DNA of 64,000 bases from Blastocystis sp. Blastoise (Eukaryota > Protista > Bigyra: Opalinata). The stretch's first letter is position 1. The number at the start of each line of letters is the position of its first letter. Shown here piece by piece: positions 16,240 through 30,370 of this stretch. The DNA is taken from NCBI GenBank assembly GCA_039096225.1, contig JBBPEB010000028.1, positions 868,001-932,000 of the forward strand, read 5' to 3'. Under the pieces are notes generated by a model, which was given only the letters and a program-made list of their open reading frames with translations, was not told the origin of the DNA and made no database searches. The translations under genes and the position numbers were made by a program.

Positions 16240-18320
16240 ATGAATGCTGTTTTTGACTTGAATATGGATTCTCTTCATCCAGAGTCACATGAGGATGATT
16301 TGTTTAGTATGAGCATGATACTATTTAATGATTAAGAAATTTAGCGAACAAAATATCAGAAATTGATTCTGTCATTGGTACTATAAAACATAATAAATCA
16401 TTCAGACATATGCTAGCCAACTGTCACGTAGATGAGAATGGTCAATTCATGGCAACTAAGCCATCAAAGTATATTTTGCGAATAAAATTTCTTTATTTCG
16501 TTAGTTTTATTCGTCCAACTATTACTAATTTGAATAAGGAGGATGTAGATACATGGTCTTTCTGTTGGATGAAAAGTATTGATTGCTATATTCCTCAAGA
16601 ACAACAGAATGAGTCTAAAACTGATATTATGTCGTATATCTTATAATTAAAAAGATGATATTATGTTATATACAATAATTATATGCTTTTCGATATTCAT
16701 TCATATAATATAAATAGTTATAACGATGAATTGATACACGATAAGAATTTTTATAATCCTTATGGTTTGCATAATATGATATTATGTTATGATATTACAG
16801 AGTTTATCTCATTATATCGTGATTTATCATTCCCAAAAGAACAGCAGTATGAAACTATTCGATTAAATCAAGAATCGAAATGGGCCCAACAAAGGTATAT
16901 AGTGATATATATTTATAATAGTTTCCTTTATGTATAAATTATATATATTTATATTTTATATTCATTATTGTTTCAGTTATTCTATAAATTATATATATTA
17001 ATTAATTATTATTAATATATGTATATATATATATATTTTATATTTATTATTGTTTCAGTTATTCTATAAACTATATTAATTAATTATTATTATTATATAT
17101 ATATATATAGATTAGAAAGAGGTATAGAGTATGCAAGAATGAATGATTATATACATGCTATTAAATGTTATAATGAATCACTTAATCTTATTCCCGATTT
17201 CACCGAAGCATATACTGCTAGAGGCGCAGCATATATATATATATTTACTATATATTATATATATATTATATATTTATATTTACTATATATTTTTTATTAT
17301 GTTTTTGTTCTAGCAACATCTTATCTTTTATATATATTATTATTTATTCTATTATCTATAAAACAGTTATGTATTAATATCTTTTAATCGTTTGTTAATT
17401 TTTCATATATTCTATTCTTTTGCTTATTAAAAATCAATACTAGATTTATACTTCTATTTTTTTACTATATACATATATATTCCTAGAATAAGTGTAAATA
17501 TATATATATATATAGATATATTAAACAGCAGAAATACAAAGAAGGAATACATGACTTTGAAACAGCTCTTTCTATTGATAAGAATACTCCAAATGCGAAA
17601 GATTATCTACAAAAAGCAATGTCCATGGTATAGAAGAATATATATATGATATATTCAAATTTCTTTATATTCATATATATGTATGATATATTCAAATCTC
17701 TTTATATTCATATATATATATATTATAATATACTTCTTCAAATATATAAGTATTACTCTCTAATTTTATTTGTATTTATTTAGATGAATAGAGAACGAAA
17801 AGTAAATTCTTCGTTTGTATCTACATATTATTCATCGCTTCAATCGTCTTCTTCTTCTTCTTCTTCTCTTCCTTCATCTATATCAACTACTAGACAACAA
17901 GATAAAGATTCTACAACATATAAAGATTCTATAAATAAAAAATCAATGGAACAAGTCGATAAGGAACTTTTAGAATTATTAAAAAATGTATTTTAAATAT
18001 TTATATTTTATAATTATTTATTATTTTATTTTATTTTATTATTATAATCATCATCATTTATTATATATATTATTATTATATTCTATATAATATATATATA
18101 TATATAGAAAACAAAGTATTCTAGTCGAGATAAGAATGATGATTGCTATTCCCATCATTATTCCCGTGATTCTTCTAGACATCATCATAGTCATCATTCT
18201 CATCACAAACATTCTACAGACAGTCCTTCTTATCATTCTAGAGACAAAGAAAACAGTCATTCAATTCATAGACACAAATCAAGATCTCAATCAAAAACTA
18301 AGAATCCTAATAATTTATAA
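16240..18320 (+). CDS. TTC14: TPR protein TTC14-like with S/H/R-rich tail
   Basis: FYNP...IRLNQESKWAQQRLERGIEY...AIKCYNESL...EAYTARGAAYIKQ...DFETALSID...NAKDYL parallels TTC14; needs AT-AG intron 17231-17515. Confidence 0.8.
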
Positions 18321-18797
18321 TATATAAATATAGTATTTATAACAATTCATAAATAATAATAATCATCTATTTTTCTTTCAATATGACTATTTTAAACTTT
18401 TCTACTTTTTTGTGTTATTATATTTTTTATGTATATTTCAATTCTTTTCTTCGTATTTATAACGATACAAAAATCGTGTCAATATCTTGTATATATTTTT
18501 TATTTTTGTTGTTCAAAACTATCTTGTTATATTAAATTCATTCTAGTCTGTAATTATATCAAGAAATACGAAGATATTCATTATATTTTAATATCACATT
18601 ATCTCATTCATTTGTTTTATAATAGATAGAAAAATATACTCAATAGAGACTACATATCAATCACTTTATTTATATAAAAAGTCCTTCTATCTCCTACAAA
18701 ATTGTCTTTTTCCCATTCATAATCTTTTATAATCTATATGAATAAAATAGAAGGATTCGATGAACAAAACACATGTATATATACATATATATTAATA

Positions 18798-19223
18798 TTA
18801 TGTTTGTTTTTGTTCAGGACAAGAAACAATTTTGATTTCATTTGTGTCTAAAATACATTCGTCGTCTATAGAAATAGTTGAAGAATTTAACTCATATTTC
18901 CAGTAATCATCATATAAATTATAATTTTCCACTTGGCCATTGATTTCGCCATGAGGTAATATATCCTTGTTTTTCTTGAAATAATTCATAACAACCTATA
19001 GAACATAAATAAGAGATGTGTTGAATTTCTATATGAACTCAAATGTAGTCATTATTCATATATATACATGATCAAATTTATAGAGTATAAGTTGACATTG
19101 TTCCTCAGAGAGTTTTTTCTTTTCTTTTAGTTCATCTAATGTTGTTATCAATGACTTACCTATTGTAGAGTATCTATATATTTGTAGGTCGTCATTCGAA
19201 ATTGGTGAACTCATTTCATTCAT
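18798..19223 (-). CDS. GTF2A2: Transcription factor IIA gamma subunit
   Basis: QIYRYSTIGKSLITTLDEL...LYKFD|...GQVENYNLYDDYWKY...IKIVSC. Confidence 0.88.
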
Positions 19224-19413
19224 AAGAACCTATTCACAATAATCCAATACTTTCAAGACCTCAATATAGAATAAATTATAAATTTCAGACTAGTATAATG
19301 TAATAATTTAGTTTATTAAAATTTATCTTAATTTTTTTTTGAAAATAAAAAACAGGTTTACTAAATTTCCAAGAATAATTCAGTTACTTTTTTATTTTTA
19401 CTTTTTAGAAGCA

Positions 19414-20113
19414 ATGAATATTCAAAAAGAGATATCTCGATTGAATGAAGATGAACTGATGCAAAGTACTCCTTTCGAGGCATCTTGGCATAGACAATAT
19501 GAAAATAAACCATGGATCTATGTTGGTGGTTTAGCAAATGAACTTACTGAAGGTGATGTGATATGTGTATTCTCACAATGGGGTGAAATTGAAGATATTA
19601 CATTAGTTCGTGATAAAGATACAGGAAAATCAAAAGGATTTGCTTTTATTCGTTATGAGAATTGGTTATCTACTGTTCTTGCAGTAGATAACATGAATGG
19701 AACAAAAGTATATATATGTTTTTTGGATAATAACATACTTTTTATTTAATTATTCAACGATAATAAATAATTTTTAAGTATAGCTTCTCGATAGATCGTT
19801 GACTGTGGACCATAAACCAAATTATAAACCTCCAAAAGAAGTAGATGAACAATATGAGAAGAAAAAGAAAGACTCTGTGACATCTCATAAAGATAATTAT
19901 CATTCTAGAAGACATTCACCAAGTCATTCTCATTCTAGAAGACGTTCACCAAGTCGTTCTGATTCAAGATCACGTTCTCGTTCTTCTCATCGTCATTCAC
20001 ATTCTTCTCATCGTCATTCACAATCTTCTCGTTATCATAATTCAAAACATAATAGTCATTCATACTCACGATCAAGAAGTCCTGCATCAAGAGATTATCA
20101 TAGAAGGCATTAA
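19414..20113 (+). CDS. RBMX2: RES complex RRM protein RBMX2/Snu17/Ist3
   Basis: ASWHRQY...IYVGGLANELTEGDVICVFSQWGEI...RDKDTGKSKGFAF.RYE..STVLAVDNMNG..TVDH; RS tail. Confidence 0.95.
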
Positions 20114-20773
20114 ATAAATAAATACATATATTTTTTTAAAGTATTACGTATTTCTTTTTCTTCTTGAATTCTATTATTTTTGTCTTTATGTGTTTCCTGT
20201 ATCAATAGTTTTGTAGATAAAAAATAATAAAGTAATTAATAAGAGAATTCGTTTATTTGCTGCAATTTGGTCAAAGTTGTTATTCTTTTATAAGCTACTC
20301 TTGTCACATTCACATTAAAAATAAAATATATGATCACTCATACATATTTCATAAGAATATACTTAGAAAAAAGATCATTTTCATTTCTTTTTATTAGAAT
20401 TATCAATGTGAATTCTTTGAATAGACTTTAAATATCGTATAGAATAGTTCTTGAATACAAATCTGACGATATTTATATGATTTTTACACAATCCAGAATT
20501 ATTACTTTTGTTTTTCAAATATAAATAGTGAAATATATTTATAATATTATGTCATATAAGAATATAACACATATAATGAAGAATAAGTTTTGTAAATCAA
20601 AATAAATGAAGAATATCTTGAAGAAAGTTGTTGAATCTAATAATCACAAAAATCACATCTAAAATACTAGAGATTTGAGAAAAACAGATGAAAAAGATTA
20701 TTTTTTAAAATGGAACAAATAAATAAATTTTATTCTCTTTTCATATTATATTTTGTGATTAAATATATCGGAA

Positions 20774-22053
20774 ATGGCTGAGACTGCTACAGTAGCTGCT
20801 ACTACAGCTGAACCCCAAGGTCAAGTTGACGATGGACTGACTAATATTTTGCCAAAGACAACATGGTGTTTAGAAGATTTTGATATCGGTAAACGTCTTG
20901 GAAAGGGCCGTTTTGGTCGTGTATACCTTGCTAAGGAACGTAAAAGTGATTTTGTGGTTGCTTTAAAGGTTATTCAGAAAAGTGAATTGACGAAGAACAA
21001 AGTTGAAAAGCAATTAAGAAGAGAAATTGAAATTCAAACGCATTTAAGACATAAGAATGTATTACGTATGTATGGTTATTTCCATGATGATAAGCGTGTG
21101 TTTTTGATTCTTGAATATAGTCCTAATGGTGAATTATATGCTGATTTAGTGAAGAAGAAGAAGTTTTCTGAAGAACGTTCTGCCATTTTAATGAAAGCTT
21201 TATGTGATGCTCTTCATTATTGTCATGAAAAACATGTTTTCCATAGAGATATCAAACCAGAAAATATTTTAATAGGATATAATGTATGCTTGAAATGTTT
21301 TTTTTTTAATAAATTGATTGATTCTTTTTATATTTATTAATTATGTTATATTTATTACATTCATTATTATTATATTTATTATTATTATGTTATATTTATT
21401 ATTATATTTAATTATGATTCTATATATATAAATATATATATCTATAGGATGAGCCAAAAGTCGCTGATTTCGGTTGGTCTGTTCATGCTAATCAGACTCG
21501 ACGTACCACCTTATGTGGCACATTAGATTATCTACCCCCTGAAATGGTCCTTAGTAAACCTCATGATCATACTGTATATATATAGTTATAGTTATTTATT
21601 ATATAATAATAATATCTCAAAAATTAATAATAATATAATAATAATAAAAAAAGAATTCTATTATATTTTAATATAAACTATATATTAATAAAAAATTAAT
21701 ATATATATATATATATATGCAGATATATGGTGTTTAGGTGTATTAACTTATGAGTTTTTAGTTGGTCATCCTCCATTTGAAGCTGAAGGGAAAGATGCTA
21801 CTTTTAAACGTATAACAAAATGTGATTTACAATTCCCTCCTACTGTATCTCTCTTAGCACAAGACTTCATTCGTAAAGTAAATTATTCATTTTTGTTTAT
21901 TATTTCTTATACTATATATTTATTCTATATTAATTAATTAATAATAATAAATATACATAGTTCTTGGTTTTAGAGCCTTCTCAGCGTATTGATTTAGCTA
22001 CTGTTCCGTATCATCCTTGGATCGTCAAGTATTGTGGTGAACCTGAAAACTAA
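20774..22053 (+). CDS. Aurora kinase, 4 exons
   Basis: [66 protein letters not shown]. Confidence 0.96.
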
Positions 22054-22358
22054 ATACTATATATATATATATATTCTAATCATTTTATATTGAATGCTTA
22101 ATCATTCTTATTTCTGCGCTATTGTCACTATATATGGCTTGTTTTAATATTATTTATCATTAATTAACAACACTATGAGTAATTGTTTTACTAGTATGAA
22201 ATAAATCAATTATAAACATTGCTTTTTGAAATGCATACGAGAGACATCATTATTATTTTGTATTATAAACTATATCAATTGTGTCAACAGGAAAAACTTA
22301 AAATAACAATAAACCAAATAAATAAAACATATATATAAGAACAATGAATTAAGAATAA

Positions 22359-23568
22359 TTAAGCAGAAATCAGTGCATTTCGAATAATAGTAGTGACTTG
22401 ATTACATCCATCAATACAATTAGCCATAGATTGAGCACATAAAAGACCTTCCATTGTTCCTTTGTGTGATACATAAACAACATTCTATATATATATATAT
22501 ATTTGTTAGTTATTAGATAATACAATAATAATAAATATATAATACATATATACTCTTGTAGAATTCATATATAATATATCTGTTTGTCCTGTAGCTCCTT
22601 CGAGTTCTTCTCCCGTTGGATCTGTAAGTATAATGTCATCTTTTATACACTATATAGTTATATATATATATATATAGATTTATCAATAATAAATATAATA
22701 ATAAATATAATAATAAATATAATAATAAATATAATAATAAATATAATAATAAATATAATAATAAATATAATAATAAATATAATAATAAATATAATAATAA
22801 ATATAATAATAAATATAATAATAATAATAAAACATACAGTTGTACATCCTCCAAGAAGACCATACATTTCGATTCCCGCGTTAGCAAGAGCGGTACTGGC
22901 AGCAAGACAACAAGGAATAAAAGATGCTAATATAAAGTATATAAATAATAATAATACTAATAATAATTATTATATAAATTAATGAATATATATAAATATA
23001 TATATATATACACCCGTCACTTTCTAGAATACATATATATATTTCAACCACTGACTTTGGGAAAGAGTTAATATTAACACAAGGAGTTAATGTAGATACT
23101 ACTTGAGCAGATAAATTTCTAGATTCATCATCCTAAAAGAAGAAACATAAAATAGCAAAAGAAAACAAAATGATTAAAAAGAAAACTGTATTAAAAACAA
23201 AAATTTTTAAAAGAAAAACTTTATTAAAGCCTAACTATTCAGAATAAGAATACATATTTAGTATTAAAAAAAATATGATATTTTATATTCCAAAATAGTT
23301 ATAAAAATATACATACTTGAATACGAGATCTGTATTGTGAACAAGAAAAAGGAGCATACTTGACATCACACCAGAGTTTACCTGAATCGCTGTATTCTCT
23401 TGAAAAAGGAGATTCACGTGGACCAAAAACACTGCAAATTACTTTTGTATTACCAATCTCAATGTAGCAACTACCTGTAGCTGTGGATACAGTTCCTGTA
23501 CATACGCTCATTGTTCGAATCTGATTAGTTTTTCTGTTATCTTTTCTTTGTACTTTATTCATCTCCAT
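22359..23568 (-). CDS. RNA exosome RNase PH-like subunit (MTR3/RRP41 family, MTR3-like)
   Basis: GSCYIEIGNTKVICSVFGPRE, KYAPFS, FPKSVVEI, ESDG, ALANAGIEM, DPT.EE. Confidence 0.9.
22685..22829. repeat. 12-bp tandem repeat (ATAATAAATATA)n in an exosome-subunit intron
   Basis: Direct, about 11 copies. Confidence 0.9.
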
Positions 23569-24359
23569 AACTCCCAAGACTCTATATAGATATCTGATAG
23601 CAAAATAATGCAGATAAAGCAATAATACCTTTTATATACGCAAAAATTAAAATTTCCATAAAAATTCATTTCATTTTTTAAAGTTGGGTATTTATCTTAT
23701 ACAGTTTATGAGAATTCTTTATAAGCTTCAATTATGAATGTTAGCTGCATTCTACGTTTATAGGAGTTATTCAGTATAGTTTCTAAGCGTTTTTTTCTGT
23801 TCAATCATATTCTCGTTGCTAGAATTGCGTATTGGCATTCAAATATATTTATAAGAAAATGCTCTAGATTTGAAGAGTATATTTATAATTTAGAAGAATA
23901 CTACTTATGATGAATAATCACAATTTTGGTTTATTTGAATTGATTATGATAAATATGATGATGAATTAAACATCCTTAATGTGATACGAAGCTTTTATAA
24001 ACAGAATATTAGAGAAATCTATAGAATTCAATAAATACAATCAATGAATTGTATTTTTGAATGCTGAAAAGGGTATATATTTCTTTGAACAGTCTTTATT
24101 TTTATTATCATTGGCTTACAAATATATGAATATGATAATATCATAAATAAGTATGTGTTTACTAATTATTTAGAACAATTTATTATAAAAAGAGAAACAA
24201 AACATAAAAAAATGAGAGTCAGGGTTCAAATAACAACGTTTATACAACTATTTTATTTTTATATATATTTTTTTTGATTAAAAAATGTGAAGACAGATAA
24301 AATAATAAGTTAAAAAAAAAGAAATAGAGTACAAAAGAAAAAAAATTGAAAAATGATGT

Positions 24360-26227
24360 TTAAGAATTCATCGAAGTTAAAACATTTTCTAATTCTCCCA
24401 TTAAAATAGTCCAATTTTCTGCTGCTAATTTGACATCTTCTGAAGCATCGAATGAAGGTGTCATAGCTAATGTATCTCCTTTATTAAAGAATGCAGTGAA
24501 TATAGTAGCGTAGGGCTCTGTAGCTAAGAAATCAGGTATCATTTGAGCAGTAAGGGAATGAAAGAAACAATGTATGTTATTAATAATAATAATGATAAAT
24601 AGATAATAAATAGAATAATAAATAGAATAAATAATAAAAAAAAGAATACTAATAAATAGAATAAATGTAATAAATATAATAATAATAATAAAAAGAATAC
24701 TAATAAATAGAATAAATGTAATAAATATAATAATAATAATAAAAAGAATACTAATAAATAGAATAAATGTAATAAATAGAATAATAATAAAAGATATGTT
24801 TCAGAAGCTAATATATTTAATAGAGTCGACGTCACTACATCTAAGTTTACAATATCACTGTCAATAACACTCTGAATACAATTCACTATATTTGTATTCA
24901 CTTCTTGATCATTTTCTGTCCATTTATTTGTAGTATCTAACCATAATAATATATAAGGTAATAACACACCTAATATCACTTTCCAGCATGAAGGACATAA
25001 ATAAGGTTCAGCTTCTACTAATAATTTCTTACCCTATATACATATATAGTGGGTTTTTTATAGTATATAGTATTAATATATAGTATTTTATAGAATATAT
25101 ATATATAATATATATATATAATATATATATACTTTGATATGTTTCATCAGTTTAATAAGACTTTTATTCTTCACTGTAAAATTATTATCTTCTCCTTCTA
25201 AGAAGAAAGCCTGTTGAAGAGCTTTCACAGCATAAGTAAATCTCTATATATATATATATTATATATATATTATAGAACTAATTCTATGGAATCCAAAAAA
25301 ATAATAAGATATATTATTTAATAAAAAAAAAATTAAAAAAAAAAACATAAAATAATAATAATAATATATATATATACATGATATTCTTCAGGATTTGGTT
25401 TCCCTCCATTATTTGAATTATAAAACTCTCGTCTTTTTATTTTATCGATATCTAATAATGCATCATAACCTTGCTATATATATATATATTAAAAAATAAT
25501 AAATAACAAAAATAATCGTATATAATACGAATATAAACATTATAATAAATAAAAATAATCGTATATAATACGAATATAAATATTATAAAATAAAACAAAT
25601 CATATATACTTCAATTCTAGCCATTAATTTCCATTGTGTACCTTTGAATCCATTTTCATTCGTATCTTCTTCAGTATCATTCAGAGAAGGAACATCTATT
25701 AATAATCGTGGAGTACGAATATTATAACGAATATTAACGCCAAGTGCATGAGCTTTATTACTCCATTCTTTACTTTTCTTTAAAGAAATCTTTTTATCAA
25801 ATTGAATACGTTCTCGAATTTGCTGTTCAACATGAGTTGGAATCGCACGAACTGGAGCATTTGATTCAGGATAAGGATTCATACTTTCATTAACACGAAT
25901 ACGATAATAATCTTCAGAAAGATAATCATTCTCATATTGAATCGTATTAGCCATAGTAAGAACATACATTAATTCTTGAGGTCTCATATTCTTAGTTCCA
26001 TTCATCATTTTCCAATTATATTCCATTTCCATAGGAGACATTTGAACTCCATTTGGCATCATTCCAGAGTAATATGGGTTTTGAGCATACATTTGAGGTT
26101 GAGATTGACGTTGAAAAGGAGCTTGCATAGGTTGCTGAGGAAGATTCTGAAAAGGTGGAGTTTGCTTTATCACTTCAGCTGCAGGAATGTCTTCTGGAGG
26201 CTTAGGACTGTTGTCAAATAAACTCAT
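24360..26227 (-). CDS. PAT1: mRNA decapping activator PAT1-like
   Basis: Q/P-rich N-terminus; M.PQEL...YLSEDYY; ALG...IRTPRLLIDV; ARIEQGYDALLDI; IKGKKLL; C-terminal TAFFNKGDTL...NWT; start codon uncertain. Confidence 0.8.
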
Positions 26228-26651
26228 ACTATTCTGAGAATCATAGGTTAGTCATATAATACTCATAAAATACTTTTTAAACACGAAATATCGAGTTATT
26301 ACTAGTTTGTTTATTTGTTTAAAAAAAAATGAAAAGAAAACAGACTCTATTTCTCAAGTAGCAAAAATGCATTACATTATAGCGATATAATTTTATCCCG
26401 CGGTATTTAATGCTAAATAGCTATAAAATCATGTTTTCCAATGAAAAACAAATGACAAATAAAAAGATTCAAAAGAGAAACTATTACTCATAATGATGTC
26501 ACACTATCATTTCAAACATATTTTATATATAAATAAGCAAGACAATACATAGAAATTGTACATATATATATATAAATAAAGGTTTAAAGCAAAATTACTC
26601 AATATAAAAATGAAAATATAAATAAATAAAAAAAAAAATAAATGATTTTCA

Positions 26652-27042
26652 TTAAAGATCACTAAAGAATGAGCTTTTCTTAGTTTTCTTGTTTTTAATA
26701 GCAGCTTGACTCTTTGTTTTTGGTTGGAAACCTCGTTTCTTCTCTTCAAATACTTCATTCTCAATTTCTTCATCACTTGAAAAATCATCTCTAGATCTCA
26801 TGGTTTCACGTTTTATTTGTTCTTTTAAAGATAAAGAAGCTTTAGATATATTCTTTTTCTTTTCTACTTGTTGTGATTTAGCAGTAACTTTAGTTCTTTG
26901 AGAAGTCTCTTTTTTATTCTTTTCTTTCTTTACTTGTTCTTTCTTATTTTGATTATCATCATTATCATTCGTTTTTTTAATTGTAGATTGATTTGAATCA
27001 ATATCTATATCATTATCTTCATCAACATTTAAGTTTTGTAAA

Positions 27043-27088
<46 letters not shown>

Positions 27089-27640
27089 CATTATTATCAC
27101 TATCTTTATCATCTTCATTATCATCATCTTCACTATCTTTATCATCATCTTCACTATCATCATCACTATCCTTTTCACTATCATCTTCATCACTATCTTT
27201 ATCATCTTCATCACTATCCTTTTCACTATCATCATCTTCATCATCATCTTCATCACTATCCTTTTCACTATCATCATCATCATCATCATCTTCATTCAAT
27301 ACAGAAACATCCCAAATACGTATAGCATTCTCACCATAAGTTGTACCTAAGAATTTTCTTGATTTGTTAAACTATATATATAGTATATAGATATACTATT
27401 AAATAACGTCAACAATATATATATATAATATATTAAAAAAAAAATCTTATAAAAATAGCTAATAAAAAAAGATAGTATAAATATACTTTCATTGTTTCTA
27501 CTGGATATCCTTTGTGTTGCCCAAGTATACCAATAAGTTTATTAGGTTGAATAGAGACAACTCTTAAATAACCATCGCAAGAACCTGTAACTACAGTACT
27601 TTCATCGATTTTAAGAATACAATCAACACTTTGAGGATGA

Positions 27641-27701
<61 letters not shown>

Positions 27702-28659
27702 AATATAGTAAATACAGAGAGAGAAAAATAATAAAAGAAAAAAATAATATATGAAAAATAGTAAAACAAAAAAATTGAAAATATTAAAAATGTTTATTTG
27801 CTTATTAAAATGTTTTATATATATACATAATAGCAAAAAATTGATAATATATAAATAATATTCTTATTGTATAATATATATATACCTGCAATACGGTCAT
27901 GAATATTCTCCCATTCTCCCCAGTTAAATATATTAAGAGCGCCATTTTGAGTACCTATAACTACTTTATGACCATCCTATATATATATATATATAGAATA
28001 TAGAAGAGAAAATAATATATATATATATAATATAGAAGAGAAAATAATATATATATATATCTAGAATATCCAATACAAAAGATATTAAAATATATATAAT
28101 AATAATAAATAGATATAATAATCAGTATATATACTTTAACAGTACATATAGAGAGAAGTTCATCTTCTAGACTATCTGTTTGCCCTACAAATGACCGTGT
28201 GTTCATGTCCATTACCGCGAGACTTCCATCAGCACTATAGAATCATGAATAGGAATAAGAAGTATAAATATAGTATTAATAAGAAGTATCAATATATTAT
28301 TAATAATATAAATATATTATTAATAGTATAAATATATTATTAATAATATAAGTATATTATTAATAATATAAATATATTTTTAATAATATACAAATATATT
28401 ATTAATAATATAAATATACTATTAATAATATACAAATATATTATTAATAATATAAATACTTATTAATAGTATAAATATAATAATGATGATACAAAAAAAT
28501 CAATTGTCTATATACCTTGTCCATAAAAGTGTTTTTTGATCTTTATTATATTCAAATGCAGAAATATAATCTTCATTCTTTTTCATTAGTTTAATACAAG
28601 ATCTAGAATCACGAATATCCCATAACTATAATGAAATCATAATTATAGAAGATTAAAAG

Positions 28660-28691
<32 letters not shown>

Positions 28692-29209
28692 TAATTATAA
28701 TAATAAATATACTCTTATTTCTCCTTCTTCATCTCCAGAAATAAAAACATTATCATCAAATAAATACATTGAAGAAAGACCAGCCATATGATGACAATCA
28801 TCTGTTGTTTTCCATATGATATTCTCTAAAAATATATTAAATTATCTATAAAATTAATTTTAGAATTACTGTCTAAATCAGAAATTGTAATATGAGAGTT
28901 AGCTGAACCCGTATAAAGTCGATTTCCTTCTTCATTCAATTGAAATGAACGAATCGATTGATCATATAGTTGATGACTAAACACTAACTCACTCTTTCGT
29001 TTTACAAATTTATATCTAATATAAATAACAAATAATTATAAAGAATAAACATACCCTTCGACAACACCACTAATTAAACTTGCATATACAATATCACTTG
29101 TTCTGTGAAAATCTAAACCAAAAGCCTAGAGTAATTTATATACAAAATAAAATAGAAAATAAAAAGATACAATGTCTGATGTGCGGACAGTTCCGTTTAA
29201 TGTAGCCAT
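26652..29209 (-). CDS. WDR55: WD40 protein WDR55/JIP5 with acidic C-terminal tract
   Basis: EDELLSI, VIGTQNGALNIFNWGEW, GHPQSVDCI, TGSCDGYLRVVSIQPNK, GQH.GYPVE; D/E-rich tail ending FFSDL. Confidence 0.9.
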
Positions 29210-29440
29210 CTAAATAAATCAATAATGAAAATATGTTCTTAATAGCATATACATTTCAACAATTCTTCTTTAGAAAAGTAAATACGTTATTATTTTAAAA
29301 AGAAAGGAACACTCCAGAAATCGTTACAAAATTGAAAAAATGAAAATAGAGTGGACTGTTCGTTTAATCCCGCGAAATTACTTTTCATAACTGGAAAAAC
29401 GAAAATAATTAGATAAGGTTTTTATCATTGAATTTGAAGA

Positions 29441-30324
29441 ATGCCAAGTTTATTTGATGATGAATTATGTACTGAGATTCAAAAGAATTTAATTTCAATT
29501 CATGAAGCGACTCTGAATAAAGATGTTTCAAAAGTTGTCAATTATTTGAGTCAAATCACATCTGAAATGAATGAAATAATCGATAAATATATTGAAATGC
29601 ATGGAAATGAACCATCTAAAGATACTACTGTAAATATCTCGCAAGTTGCGTTAATTCGTGCATCTCTTGCTCTTATGGATGTATGGGGTATTATGCCATA
29701 TTTAAAACCTTATTGTGGTCAAAGAATAAATGATGGCCCTTATGTAAATTCATTTGTTGTCACAAAAGAACAATTGGAAGTCATTCAAACAGAAATAAAA
29801 ACAATGCCAACTCCAAATTCTTTACATTTCTTATTAAGTGTTATGATAAAAGCCTCTAAAGTAAGATATCTACAAGAAACTGTGTTTATTCATTTCTTTC
29901 CTAATATACTTGCTCTTTGTTTATGTTTACAAAATTCACAAGATTATAAATGTAATTATATATAAAATATTATGAATATATTTAGTATTTATATTTCTAT
30001 ATAGTATTCATGAATTCTGATATTCAACAAGATATTCAGTTTTTTTTTGATTTTATTCAGAATTATCCTTTTCAAATGGTACTTCCAGCTTGCTTTAAAC
30101 TTATTAAATATGTATATATATTATTAGATATTTTATATTTAATATATTTATATATTTATTTTATAGATTATATTATATTTTATTTTGTATATATATATAG
30201 GGAATGAAAACACCTCAGTATATACGTGAATATTGCAGTTATTTGATTGGTTACTATACTTCATTAACCAATGGAATTCTCAATATTTCACTCTTACTTC
30301 TTTCAGATACTATGAAACCCACTA

Positions 30325-30370
<46 letters not shown>

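Noticed and set aside
26993-27325. His/Tyr-rich ORF and Met-rich ORF
   Set aside because: Antisense or alternate frame of the WDR55 acidic tail
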